Shown piece by piece: positions 36,399 to 45,996 of a stretch of DNA of 64,000 nt. Below the pieces are notes generated by a model. It had not been told where the DNA came from and ran no database searches. It worked only from the letters and a program-made list of their open reading frames with translations. Position 1 is the first letter of the stretch. The number at the start of each line of letters is the position of its first letter. Position numbers and translations under genes: made by a program. The DNA is from Magnetococcales bacterium (GTDB taxonomy: Bacteria; Pseudomonadota; Magnetococcia; Magnetococcales; DC0425bin3): contig JADGCO010000004.1 in the NCBI GenBank assembly GCA_015228935.1, positions 12,084 through 76,083 on the forward strand, in the 5' to 3' direction.

Positions 36399-36723
36399 TC
36401 TCCACCAATGGTTCCCCTCTTTCCAACATAATCAAGGCTTGAGAAAGGTTCCGCGAGAGGACATCTTTGAGCTTGGCATTGGATGTATTGCCACACGTTA
36501 TCCACAAAATTTGGGGTGGGGGTCCCTGCTGAAAAAGAAAATGGAGAAAATCCGCGTCTTTGGTCACGATGGTAGCTCTTGATTGTTTGGCGGATTGAAA
36601 AATCTCCACGTCAGAAGCATCCCGCAATCCCAAGTCGCGAATGGCCTCGACTGTTATACCAAATTGCTCCCGCAGCCAAGGTGCCAATGCCGGCGACAAT
36701 TGGGCATCAAGCCATAAAATCAT
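36385..36723 (-). CDS. DUF5615 PIN-like protein (putative toxin)
   Basis: MILWLDAQLSPALAPWLREQFGI...ATIVTKDADF. ATG 36723 overlaps the stop of the upstream DUF433 gene (ATGA). Confidence 0.7.
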   Translation of the reverse strand: MILWLDAQLSPALAPWLREQFGITVEAIRDLGLRDASDVEIFQSAKQSRATIVTKDADFLHFLFQQGPPPQILWITCGNTSNAKLKDVLSRNLSQALIMLERGEPLVEIGDG

Positions 36724-36944
36724 GCGGCCAACAGGGGGTGATTCAGACGCTGGCTCGCAAACCGCAGGCATGCTGAAATATCCTCAGCCTCCAGATCGGG
36801 TAGTTCCTGAAGAATTTGTCCGGCGTCTAAGCCATTTGCCAGGAGATCCAGGATATCCGTTACCCGAATGCGCATACCGCGTATGCAGGGACGACCACCA
36901 CATTGGTCCGGATTTACCGTAATTCGGTCAAAGAGTTCCGACAT
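36720..36944 (-). CDS. DUF433 domain protein (putative antitoxin)
   Basis: MSELFDRITVNPDQCGGRPCIRGMRIRVTDILDLLANG... I chose ATG 36944. The longer ORF to 37049 would overlap the upstream gene. Confidence 0.7.
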   Translation of the reverse strand: MSELFDRITVNPDQCGGRPCIRGMRIRVTDILDLLANGLDAGQILQELPDLEAEDISACLRFASQRLNHPLLAA

Positions 36945-37032
36945 GATCGACCCGCCTGCGCCAAGTACTTTCAGAGTATTCTCTGGGTTCAAGTCTAATT
37001 CTTTTCCGTTCTCATCGCAAACGAATTCAATT

Positions 37033-38142
37033 TCAAAATCGCTGTTCAACGTTATTGTTCATGGTCTCACGAACCAACGCAACAAAACGCTCACAAAAAA
37101 GCTGGCAGGCTTCAGGGCCAAGCAGATAGCGGCGATAGGTTTCCTGTCCCTGGCGGGCCACTTCGGTAAAGTGTGCGGGATTGGCCAGGATGGTGGTGAT
37201 TTGTTCGTCAAGGTCGGCCAGGTCCCAACGATGGGCCACCATGGTGGTGCCATTTTGATAATAATCCGGCCAGGTTTCCATGTGAGACATGTCGGGTTTC
37301 AAGAGGACGGCACCGCACAGGAAGGTTTCGTAATCCCGGTAGGCGATTTCGCCCCAGCCGAAGGGGGAGACCACGAGGCGACTCTCGGCCATTTCGCGCA
37401 AAAAATCCGGGCGGGAGAGACGACCGACGCCGCGATAACGGGCCAGCTTTTGATCAATCAGGACTCTCTGGTAGGCGACAACGGCGCTTTTATAGTTGGT
37501 ATTGATTCGGCAGGCAACCTCCTTGGGGCGTGGCGCGGAGGGCGGGTGACAACGGGTCGCAGGCCGTAGTAACCAACGGAGGGGCCAACGCTGGTAAAGA
37601 TCCATGCGCCGATGTCCCCAACGGGAATAGTCCGCCAGACCTGAATTCCAGGAGAGACACAGTTTGTCCAGCCAGGCCGGGTTGGCAATGACTGTCGGGG
37701 CAACGGGTTCGGGATCGTTGACTCCGGCGTGATGATGGTAAAAATCCGTGAAGAGACGGTTGCCATACATGGGGGAGAGGTAACGCTGTCGATCCCGCAA
37801 CAGTTGATTTTTGCAATATCGATGCACGAAAGGCAAAACCTGGGTCACGATCCAGCCGCTGTTGTCGCCGGTATCGAAAAAAAGAACCCTCTTGATGCGT
37901 TCCTGAAAGGAGGCAAACTCCGCCAGGATGGCGCCCGGGCGCTTTTCCCAGGCCAGGCGATAATACTTGCTCTCGACAATGAGCAGATCGCAGGCAAAAA
38001 GATCCGGGGTGATGGCCGTAAACAGGCGGAACTGAATGCCATGTTCACGCAAAGCCACCTGGTAGCGGAGCAAAGGATACAAAAATCCCCGCCCATTGGT
38101 GGTGACACACCCTTCCGTCAGGATATGGATGCGTATCATCAA
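37033..38142 (-). CDS. Putative glycosyltransferase (CgeB / Glyco_trans_1_2-like C-terminus)
   Basis: 369 aa ORF. The C-terminal LVVSPFGWGEIAYRDYETFLCGAVLLKPDMSHMETW resembles the CgeB-type GT tail. It is the last gene of the glycan operon. Confidence 0.5.
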   Translation of the reverse strand: MMIRIHILTEGCVTTNGRGFLYPLLRYQVALREHGIQFRLFTAITPDLFACDLLIVESKYYRLAWEKRPGAILAEFASFQERIKRVLFFDTGDNSGWIVTQVLPFVHRYCKNQLLRDRQRYLSPMYGNRLFTDFYHHHAGVNDPEPVAPTVIANPAWLDKLCLSWNSGLADYSRWGHRRMDLYQRWPLRWLLRPATRCHPPSAPRPKEVACRINTNYKSAVVAYQRVLIDQKLARYRGVGRLSRPDFLREMAESRLVVSPFGWGEIAYRDYETFLCGAVLLKPDMSHMETWPDYYQNGTTMVAHRWDLADLDEQITTILANPAHFTEVARQGQETYRRYLLGPEACQLFCERFVALVRETMNNNVEQRF

Positions 38143-38152
38143 GAAGGGGCCA

Positions 38153-39106
38153 TCAGGCCGAAGTCATTTTTTTCAAGAGAACCGTGCGCAACCCCCCGGA
38201 CCGACAGATGAATTCAATGGCATCGTCGGGTCTGATATCGCGGAAAATGACCCGGGTCAAAAAATCGGTTTCAATGGGAGGACCGCCCCGATAGCCCCGC
38301 GCTTCGACCTTGATGGTGCCCGCCGCACTGGATGAGGCCGCCAAAGGGACCCCATAACCACGGTCAAACAGACGCCGCAGAGGCTTTTCCAGGTCGTGAT
38401 CCGGGGTATAGCGGGTCAGGTGCGTCTCAAAGATGATCATGGGTGCCATTTTTTCGGCTTCCACGGCTTCCAAAAGACCATTGATCACCTCCACCTCATG
38501 GCCTTCGACATCCATGCGAATGAGATCGGGCGGGCCATGCTCCGGGAGCAGTTCCGGCACGGTGATGGTCTCCACATCGATGGTCTTGCCGGTCAGATGG
38601 GTGGTTCCGGACCCGACGGGATGGAAGGTGTTGAGGTTGGACTGGGCCGCCAGATGAAAGGTCTGCCGATCATGCCGGTCGGAGACGGCACAGGGCAGAA
38701 GTGTCACGTTGGTGCAGTTGTTCAGGGCCAGATTTTTTTTCAGGAGTTCGGCATTGGCCGGTGAGGGTTCGATGGCCACGATGCGGCCCGTGGGACCAAT
38801 CAGGCCCCGTTCCATCAGAACGTAGTAACCGATATTGGCACCGATATCAAAAACAGTCATCCCCGGTTTCAAGACCTCTTCGAGGATCACCTTGTGGTCC
38901 AGCTCCCGGGATCCAAACAGCAACAACGTGCGGGAAATGCCCCGGTCCTGGCTGTCCAGGAACATGCGGTAATCATAGATGGGTTCTTCCAGAAAGCGGT
39001 TTCCCAGGAGTCGTCCCTGGACCAGGATCCGCAATCCCTTGAACGCCACCTGGAGCAGGCCGACAGGACCACGGTGGCGCAGAACGGTCGATAGACTGGA
39101 GATCAT
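38153..39106 (-). CDS. FkbM-family methyltransferase
   Basis: 317 aa ORF with VFDIGANIGYYVLME...IVAIEPSPANAELLKKNLALNNC. Confidence 0.8.
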   Translation of the reverse strand: MISSLSTVLRHRGPVGLLQVAFKGLRILVQGRLLGNRFLEEPIYDYRMFLDSQDRGISRTLLLFGSRELDHKVILEEVLKPGMTVFDIGANIGYYVLMERGLIGPTGRIVAIEPSPANAELLKKNLALNNCTNVTLLPCAVSDRHDRQTFHLAAQSNLNTFHPVGSGTTHLTGKTIDVETITVPELLPEHGPPDLIRMDVEGHEVEVINGLLEAVEAEKMAPMIIFETHLTRYTPDHDLEKPLRRLFDRGYGVPLAASSSAAGTIKVEARGYRGGPPIETDFLTRVIFRDIRPDDAIEFICRSGGLRTVLLKKMTSA

Positions 39107-39951
39107 GGCCGATTTTCCTCCCTGGGAAGCAGCAGATATTCATTCATTTCCAGATGGGTGACAGGTGAACGATCCACGGGATCGAGAATGTCGTAATTCA
39201 AGGCGTGGAGCAGCTCGACAATGGCGTCGGTGGTCTGCCCCAGCAGGGCAATCTGGCCCGGATGGATGCTCAGGAAAACCAGCGGACGCTTTGTGGTCAG
39301 GGTTTCCTTGGCTCCTTGCAGGACAAACAGTTCATACCCTTCCACGTCAATCTTGATCACCTCGGGATGGATGCGGCGTTGCCGACAAAAACCATCGATG
39401 GTGACCTGATTTTTTTCCGTGACCTGGTAGGCATCAAGATCTTTTTTGATCACCACGGAGTTCATACCGGCATCGCCGTCCATTTCGTGGAAACGGACGC
39501 CGGTTTTTTCGCAGTCTCCGACCAGATCCGGAATGACTTCGACCTGGGTGATCTGATTGGCGGCCAGGTGACCGAGAAGAAACTGCCGGTTGGCGGCAGC
39601 GGGTTCAAAGGCGTAGACCCGTCCCTCCGGGGCCAGCACCGAGGCCACCGGCATGGCAACCAAGCCGATGTGGGCACCCACATCCAGGACACAGTGCCGC
39701 CCCCGGCAAGCCTCGACACACACCTGGAAACCGGCATTGTGCCGCTCACCCCACTGCTCAAAATTGCTGAAGGCAAAGCGCCCATTCAGGCGAAAAGGTC
39801 CGTAAGGACCGATGCGCGACGCCACCGTAGACCGTGACCCGATCCGGCCCTGTAGCCAACGATAGGCGGAACCGGCCAGACGCCAGAAGGGGGCAAACCG
39901 CTTTAAAGGTCCGTGTCGAAGATGGCGCAAAGTGCGTATCAATGCCGTCAT
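39103..39951 (-). CDS. FkbM-family methyltransferase
   Basis: 282 aa ORF with VLDVGAHIGLVAMPVA...VYAFEPAAANRQFLLGHLAANQI. It has 4 nt overlaps at both ends. Confidence 0.8.
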   Translation of the reverse strand: MTALIRTLRHLRHGPLKRFAPFWRLAGSAYRWLQGRIGSRSTVASRIGPYGPFRLNGRFAFSNFEQWGERHNAGFQVCVEACRGRHCVLDVGAHIGLVAMPVASVLAPEGRVYAFEPAAANRQFLLGHLAANQITQVEVIPDLVGDCEKTGVRFHEMDGDAGMNSVVIKKDLDAYQVTEKNQVTIDGFCRQRRIHPEVIKIDVEGYELFVLQGAKETLTTKRPLVFLSIHPGQIALLGQTTDAIVELLHALNYDILDPVDRSPVTHLEMNEYLLLPREENRP

Positions 39952-41246
39952 GCCCTGGTTTGTGCTACAGCCCGATGGTAGAGGTCAATGTATTTTTTCA
40001 CGACCGTGTCCCAGGAAAAGGCCAGAGAGCGGGCACGTGCCCGTGCGGCCCAGTGGGCGCGTGCCGCCGGATCCTGCAACAGTTGCGCCATGGCTTCGGC
40101 CAGAGGTTTCTCATCCCCGGGAGGGACGAGTATACCATCAACGCCCTGCCGAATGATATCCCTGCATCCAGGTGCCAGGGTGGTGATGATCGGCAAACCG
40201 GCGGCCATGGCCTCCACCAGGACGATGCCGAAGGTTTCGATCAGGGAAGGAAACACAAAAACATCCGCCGACCGGTACAGGGCCACCAGATCATCGGCAG
40301 GCAACTGGAGCGTACTGGTCTGGCCGGGATGCAGAACGGGTTTGGCGGGGGAATTCCAGAGGATGCAGGTCTGCTCCAGGTTCAGTTCGCGGATCAGGGG
40401 GAGCAGGGTTTCATTGTTTCCGCCGGCGATCACCACCCGAAAATCTCCGCCATGGGTTTGACGCAGGCGGGCGGCAGCCTGGACCAGAGCCGGAAAATTT
40501 TTTTTGGGATGATTGCGACCCACGGCCAGAAAGAGACAGGCCTGGGCCGGAATGCCCAGGTCGGCACGGACTTTTTCCCGATCCACATGCATCTGGAATC
40601 GTTCCAGGTCCACCCCGTTGGGAATGGGAGCGATGCGCGTTTCGGCCACGCCCAGATCGCGATATTCCGCGCTGACACTCTCGGTGATGGCCACCAGATA
40701 TTGTGCTTGTGGCAGCCAGGTGCGGATCAAGGCATCCACCTGGGGATCCAGGCGGGCACCGTAGCCGATGGCGCTGTTTTTTTGAATATCCTCGCCGGCA
40801 CAGCGCACAAGGTGGGCAATGTTGCCGTGCCGGCGGGCAAAGTGGACCAGGGCCACGCCGACGGGATACCCCACCGTTCCATGCCAGACATCAAAGCGGT
40901 AACGTTTGCGCAAACGGGAAAAAAATCGGTCCAGAATCCATAAACCCACATTCGGCCAATGGCTTAAGATTCCCCACATCTTGGGCGGAAACGGGACGAC
41001 TTCATAGGGGAGATTCCACCCTTGCTGACGCAACTGCCGACAATGGGGTTCGGGGGCAATCACCACCGGCACATGCCCGGCACGTTGCAGACGGGATGCA
41101 ATGTTGTGCAAGCCGACCTCGGCCCCACCCGTGTTCGGCAGGAATGAAGAGATGGGCAGGGCAACACGCAACGAATTATTCTTGAATGGATCATGCGCCA
41201 TTTGTGAGCCACTTTCCGCATTGTTCTGCAACGAATCATACGCCAT
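39948..41246 (-). CDS. Glycosyltransferase family 4 (GT-B fold)
   Basis: 432 aa ORF with VFVFPSLIETFGIVLVEAMAAGLPIITT...DGILVPPGD (EX7E region). Confidence 0.85.
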   Translation of the reverse strand: MAYDSLQNNAESGSQMAHDPFKNNSLRVALPISSFLPNTGGAEVGLHNIASRLQRAGHVPVVIAPEPHCRQLRQQGWNLPYEVVPFPPKMWGILSHWPNVGLWILDRFFSRLRKRYRFDVWHGTVGYPVGVALVHFARRHGNIAHLVRCAGEDIQKNSAIGYGARLDPQVDALIRTWLPQAQYLVAITESVSAEYRDLGVAETRIAPIPNGVDLERFQMHVDREKVRADLGIPAQACLFLAVGRNHPKKNFPALVQAAARLRQTHGGDFRVVIAGGNNETLLPLIRELNLEQTCILWNSPAKPVLHPGQTSTLQLPADDLVALYRSADVFVFPSLIETFGIVLVEAMAAGLPIITTLAPGCRDIIRQGVDGILVPPGDEKPLAEAMAQLLQDPAARAHWAARARARSLAFSWDTVVKKYIDLYHRAVAQTRA

Positions 41247-41250
41247 GTTT

Positions 41251-41493
41251 GTAACTATTTAGCCTCTCCCTATGCATTCTTCTTTGTCATATTATCGACT
41301 AACCGCTTGATGAAGAATTAATAAACGTTTGAAAAACTGGGATGGAGGTCCAGGAGGAAGGGCTGTGCCCTTCCTCCTGGCGGGGTTTGGGGCGAAGCCC
41401 CAACAAGGTCTTTCATGTCGAATCCTTTTTTTGAGAGCCCCAACAAGGTCTTCATGTCGAATCTTTTTTTTGAAAGGGTTCTGAAATGGTTAC
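41251..41493 (-). repeat. MITE-like intergenic repeat, copy B (hairpin 41350-41380; internal 40 bp tandem duplication)
   Basis: Ends are GTAACTATTTAG (41251-41262) and CTGAAATGGTTAC (41481-41493). The core is identical in design to copies A and C. The units GCCCCAACAAGGTCTTTCATGTCGAATCCTTTTTTTGAGA (41397-41436) and GCCCCAACAAGGTCTTCATGTCGAATCTTTTTTTTGAAA (41437-41475) are tandem. The element fills the whole intergenic gap. Confidence 0.8.
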
Positions 41494-42728
41494 CCATGTT
41501 CAAGCAGCTTTCCCACGTTCAACACCGGGTCCCGGGATGGCGCGGTCAAGGCGTCGAGCAGACGTCGATAGTCCCCATCGATGACAGATGTGGCTGCCTG
41601 AGCGTGCATGTCACGGGCCATGCGGCGGCATTGTTCCACGGGCATGGCCTCGGCAAGCAGCATGGCCGCCGCCCAGGCATCGGGGTCCAGGGGCCTCAAG
41701 AAACCATTTTCCCCCTCCCGGATCCACTCCTGGAATGCCGCCTCTGCCGCATTGGCCACCACCGGCACGCCACACGCGATGGCTTCCAGCATCGGGGTAC
41801 CCAGACCTTCATCCCAGGCCGGCAGGGTATAGATATTGGAGAGCTGCATGAAAGGGGCGGCGGGCACATGGCCCTGTTTCAGAAAGACCCGCTCCGCAAG
41901 TCCGAGTTCCAGAATCCTGGCCTCGATCCTTTGAAAAACAGCCTGATCCCGCTCCCGAAAAGGACCACTTTCCACCAACGGCCCGGCCAGAACCAGCTTG
42001 AAGCGGGTCGGCAGACGGGCCAGAACCTCCAGCAGGAAGATTTGATTTTTACGCGGGATGAACTTGGCCACTGCGGTGATGACACATGCATCGGTCTGGA
42101 AGGGAGTCCACTGTTGCCGGAGGGTTGCCCGGTTGGCAAAATCCGGAAAAAAGCGGGTTTCGTCCACCGGATTGGGGCGGATCCAGACATTGGTTCGCAG
42201 CCCCAGCCGGGCACACACCGCGCCCAACTCCCGGGAGATGGCCACCACAATCGTTCCCTGCGTCAGATCGGGTCGCCAGAAACGCCGCAGGCCGGGAAAA
42301 TTGAGATCCGGACTGGCCCCGGCATTGACGAGTTCGAGAAGCAGGGGAATGCGGTGCCAGCGTGACCACACCACGGCAGCGATGGTGGCCGGGGAGATGC
42401 CCAGGACATGAACCACGTCCGGATGCCTCTGGCACAATACGCGCCAGGCGGTCAGACCTTCCCACCAGATTTGCACGGCCTGCACGACCCGCCGCAAACC
42501 GTGCCAGGGAATCCGGTGGGTATGCTGAAACAGACGCGAGGCCAGACGCCACACGCTGACTCCCTCGAAGACCTCCTTTTGCCGACCGGCATGGGTCAAG
42601 GCGTTGCACACCACTTCCCATTCCAGATCGGGCCAGCGCTGGTGCAAACGTTTCCAGGTGGCATGAACACGGTTTCCCGAACCGGAATATTCCGGTGGAT
42701 ACTTGCTGGAGACGACCAGGATTTTCAT
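41490..42728 (-). CDS. Glycosyltransferase family 4 (GT-B fold)
   Basis: MKILVVSSKYPPEYSGSG... and IYTLPAWDEGLGTPMLEAIACGVPVV. ATG 42728 overlaps the upstream stop (ATGA). Confidence 0.85.
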   Translation of the reverse strand: MKILVVSSKYPPEYSGSGNRVHATWKRLHQRWPDLEWEVVCNALTHAGRQKEVFEGVSVWRLASRLFQHTHRIPWHGLRRVVQAVQIWWEGLTAWRVLCQRHPDVVHVLGISPATIAAVVWSRWHRIPLLLELVNAGASPDLNFPGLRRFWRPDLTQGTIVVAISRELGAVCARLGLRTNVWIRPNPVDETRFFPDFANRATLRQQWTPFQTDACVITAVAKFIPRKNQIFLLEVLARLPTRFKLVLAGPLVESGPFRERDQAVFQRIEARILELGLAERVFLKQGHVPAAPFMQLSNIYTLPAWDEGLGTPMLEAIACGVPVVANAAEAAFQEWIREGENGFLRPLDPDAWAAAMLLAEAMPVEQCRRMARDMHAQAATSVIDGDYRRLLDALTAPSRDPVLNVGKLLEHG

Positions 42729-44500
42729 GATCCAGGGGAGGAGAAAAATCGGTCGATGGTCAGGAGTCCATTCAGCAGGGCGCAATGGTCCCGTTGGCCG
42801 GCAAAGTGTTCCTCCACCAGGGAGCGGATACGTTCCATGTCAAACAAACCCAGGGCCGTCAAAAATTCGGAGTCCGGCAACACCCGGACCAGATCCTGAA
42901 TGGTGGGGTTCATGTCAATCGACTCCCGGGCGGGTGGCCAGGAACGATCCTCATTGCGAGGCATGCTGCGCAGCCGGGGTCCCAGCAGGCGGTTGGCCGC
43001 CGCCCGTCCCCAGCGCAGGGCCGTCGCCTGCCACAAGGGCAGGTCGGCACGGATATTGTGGTTGGCGTTGCGCACCTGCATCATTTTGGGATTCAGGTGG
43101 CGAATGGCCAACTGATAGGCCCGCCAGTTGTATTTGTAGTCAACCGGCATGGCCAGACACAGATCGTACAGATTGTTTTCCATGGACGGCACGCGATAAT
43201 CCACATAACTGTGCAGCGAAAAAGCCATCTGGAACGAGTAGTGGCGGGCAAAATTATGCAGATGCATGAACTCCCAGAGGTCGTACCCCTCGGCCCCGAA
43301 GCCGCGCCCCAGGGTCAGGCGTTCCTCGACACTGTGGCGCAGATGGGCAAGCAGGTCTGCACGCCGCTCGGGACGCACAATTTCCCAGGGATCCGAAGTC
43401 TTGATGCGATAACTGATGGTATTCAGGAACTGCCCGGCCAGATCCCGGTCAAGACCATGCAGCCGGAAGGCACAGGTTTCCGTTCCCAACAGGCGCAGGG
43501 GGGCCTTGGGAAGGTAGTGACCACAAAACATGATATCCAGGGCCAGACCCAGAAAAATGGCATTGGCCGATGGCAGGATTTCCCGCCCATAGCCGGCGAA
43601 TTGGGCCTCGGTATAATTGGTCATGCCGCCCGCAACAAAGACGGCATCATCGACGCGATCATTGAGATACTGGACCGGACGCGAAATAAAGTGATGGGGC
43701 ACCTGGGCAATCCGGGTCAACTCTGCGGCCACCTCGAATTCATTGTTGCGTTGCGGGCAGTTGGTAAAGCAGACGATTTTGCCCATGGTGCCCGCCAGAA
43801 TGGCGCGTGAATCCAGCCCGCCGCTCAGCATCAACCCGTATTGGCGCTCGTCCGACTGGTAGAGGGCCACGGAATTCCGCAACCGTTCGGCCAGATCTTT
43901 GGCAAAACCTTCCAGGGACAACGTGGTCTTGGTGAAGGTGGGATGCCAATACCGCCGTATCTCACCGTCTCCCATGGACAACACCGAGGCAAACGGGAGA
44001 AAGCGGCTCTCTTTTTCGTAGGTTTTCTCCCCGAACAGACGCCGGAAATAGAGAAACTCGAAAAAATGGGCCGGAATCAATTGGGGTTTGTCAATCCGGG
44101 TGAACAAATCCTTGAACGAGGTGCTGCCCAGCAGGCGCTTGCCTTGCAGCCGATAATAAAAGGCCCGCGAGGCAAAACGATCCGTGATCACCCTCAATTC
44201 CGGAGTCCGTGAATCGTAGAGGAGGATCAGGAACGAGCCATTCAGGCTGCGGGCAAAATCGGCGGGTTCCGGATTTTCTTGCAGGTGGCGGATCACGCCG
44301 GAATCATGAATGCGATCCTGGATGGCCGGGTGGCCGCACAGCACCACGAGGCGTTTGCCCAGGCGGTGCAGACGCGGCATGGGGTGCATGTTTCTGGCGG
44401 TCAGGATGAAAAAATTGTCGGCAAAGAGAACATCCTTGTCGGTGGGGGGAGGGGTCACCCCATCCGGATCGAAGGTAACGGTCAGGAGGAACGTGTTCAT
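42725..44500 (-). CDS. Asparagine synthetase B-like amidotransferase
   Basis: 591 aa ORF with the PP-loop LMLSGGLDSRAILAG and an N-terminal glutaminase-like region. Campylobacter PseA is of this family (established knowledge). Confidence 0.75.
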   Translation of the reverse strand: MNTFLLTVTFDPDGVTPPPTDKDVLFADNFFILTARNMHPMPRLHRLGKRLVVLCGHPAIQDRIHDSGVIRHLQENPEPADFARSLNGSFLILLYDSRTPELRVITDRFASRAFYYRLQGKRLLGSTSFKDLFTRIDKPQLIPAHFFEFLYFRRLFGEKTYEKESRFLPFASVLSMGDGEIRRYWHPTFTKTTLSLEGFAKDLAERLRNSVALYQSDERQYGLMLSGGLDSRAILAGTMGKIVCFTNCPQRNNEFEVAAELTRIAQVPHHFISRPVQYLNDRVDDAVFVAGGMTNYTEAQFAGYGREILPSANAIFLGLALDIMFCGHYLPKAPLRLLGTETCAFRLHGLDRDLAGQFLNTISYRIKTSDPWEIVRPERRADLLAHLRHSVEERLTLGRGFGAEGYDLWEFMHLHNFARHYSFQMAFSLHSYVDYRVPSMENNLYDLCLAMPVDYKYNWRAYQLAIRHLNPKMMQVRNANHNIRADLPLWQATALRWGRAAANRLLGPRLRSMPRNEDRSWPPARESIDMNPTIQDLVRVLPDSEFLTALGLFDMERIRSLVEEHFAGQRDHCALLNGLLTIDRFFSSPGS

Positions 44501-45996
44501 ATCAACTCCATGAAAGCGGGCCAGGCCACATCCGGATAGAAGCGATGCCCTGCCGGACCGGCCACGGCCCGAATATGTTCGGGTCTGCCCAAACGCGCAT
44601 ACACCGGTTGTGCCCCGGCCACGGCAGCCGCCACCTCGGCAAAGGGGTAGATATGGTCCTTGTGACCCGACACGGCCACCAACGGACGCGGAGCTAACAG
44701 GGCCAGGATATCGTCATATTCCAGCCATTCAAGGATTCCTGGAATGACGGTATCCGGGCAGGTTTTGCGCCGACCGCTCGTGGTGCGAAAGCGTCCAACG
44801 CAACTGCCGGCAATCACCCCGGCAATACGTTCATCCAGGGCGGCGGCATAGAGGGCGGTATCGCCGCCGCCGGAATTGCCCATGGCATGGATGCGGTGCG
44901 GATCAATTTGCAGGTGCGGGGCGGCATGCACGAGCCAGTTGATCACGGCCTGGATATCCATGACCCGTTCGGCCAGCAGGGTCCGGCCCAGCAGCAGGGC
45001 ACGATTGACCTGATCGATGCAGGGGTGGTCCCACTGGTGGGTCACTTCTTGTTCCCGGCGCTCGCCGAAACCGCTTTGTTCGATACAGACCGCCACAAAC
45101 CCCCTGGCCACCGCCTGGACGGCGAAATCCCCGCCCCGCGCCAGGCGGGCCGGATCGATGGTCTCCCGCGCCTCGCCCCAGGAAATATGGGCACCCGAGG
45201 TATGGCCTTGCAAACAAAGCATCACCGGCGCGGCAATCGCACTCTGTCGGGTCGGATCCAGCACCAGGCTGGCCACCACCCGCCGCACCGGCGACAGGTG
45301 CAGATAACAGGCCTCGCGCAGCAGGCCGTTGGGCAGCATGTCACGCCAGGAATGTTCGAGTTCCGGCAGATTTGTATTGTCATGAAACCCCATCAGCAGC
45401 GACAGTTTTTCTCTGGCGCGGCGTTGCCACTCCCGGGGATCGTTTTTTTCATTCGTGACGTCCGAAGGATCGATCCGGGACGCAGTTCCACCGTCCATGG
45501 CATTCTGGATCGTGACCTGGGACACGGACTTGCCGTCAATTTCACTCCGGGTACTGCCTCGGGACGCGGAGTTGCCGTTCGTGTCTGCCGGGGTATGGGT
45601 CGAGGCCTCGGCTTGATCATCGGTTTTATCCGATGCGCAGAACCGGGACCAGGAGAGACGCAAGGCTGCCTGGGCATAGGCTGCAAAATGGTCGGCGCTG
45701 GGACTGAGCGTTCCGACGGGTGGCGTGGCACCGGGTCGTTGCGGAGAGGGCCAGGGTCCCAGAATGGGGGTCAATTTTTGCCGCAGACGCAACAGCCGCG
45801 CCGCGACCAGGGGACGCTGCCGCAGGATGTACAAAATTTTGCGTAACGAAAAAAACCCCTCGCGCCAGATGGGAGCGGAATCTTGAAGCGCGACCGGGGA
45901 TAGAGACACAGAAACCTGCTGGCTGGAAAGAGGTGCAGAAGAGGGTGTCACGGCGGGGGTTTGCCGGTCACGAGGAGGGGCAGGGGAGGGTATCAC
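44497..45996 (-). CDS. Alpha/beta hydrolase (esterase-like) with a long low-complexity N-terminal extension
   Basis: 499 aa ORF with the nucleophile elbow HAMGNSGGG. The C-terminal 300 aa are esterase/dienelactone-hydrolase-like. The first 170-200 aa are P/S/A/T-rich. Confidence 0.65.
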   Translation of the reverse strand: MIPSPAPPRDRQTPAVTPSSAPLSSQQVSVSLSPVALQDSAPIWREGFFSLRKILYILRQRPLVAARLLRLRQKLTPILGPWPSPQRPGATPPVGTLSPSADHFAAYAQAALRLSWSRFCASDKTDDQAEASTHTPADTNGNSASRGSTRSEIDGKSVSQVTIQNAMDGGTASRIDPSDVTNEKNDPREWQRRAREKLSLLMGFHDNTNLPELEHSWRDMLPNGLLREACYLHLSPVRRVVASLVLDPTRQSAIAAPVMLCLQGHTSGAHISWGEARETIDPARLARGGDFAVQAVARGFVAVCIEQSGFGERREQEVTHQWDHPCIDQVNRALLLGRTLLAERVMDIQAVINWLVHAAPHLQIDPHRIHAMGNSGGGDTALYAAALDERIAGVIAGSCVGRFRTTSGRRKTCPDTVIPGILEWLEYDDILALLAPRPLVAVSGHKDHIYPFAEVAAAVAGAQPVYARLGRPEHIRAVAGPAGHRFYPDVAWPAFMELI

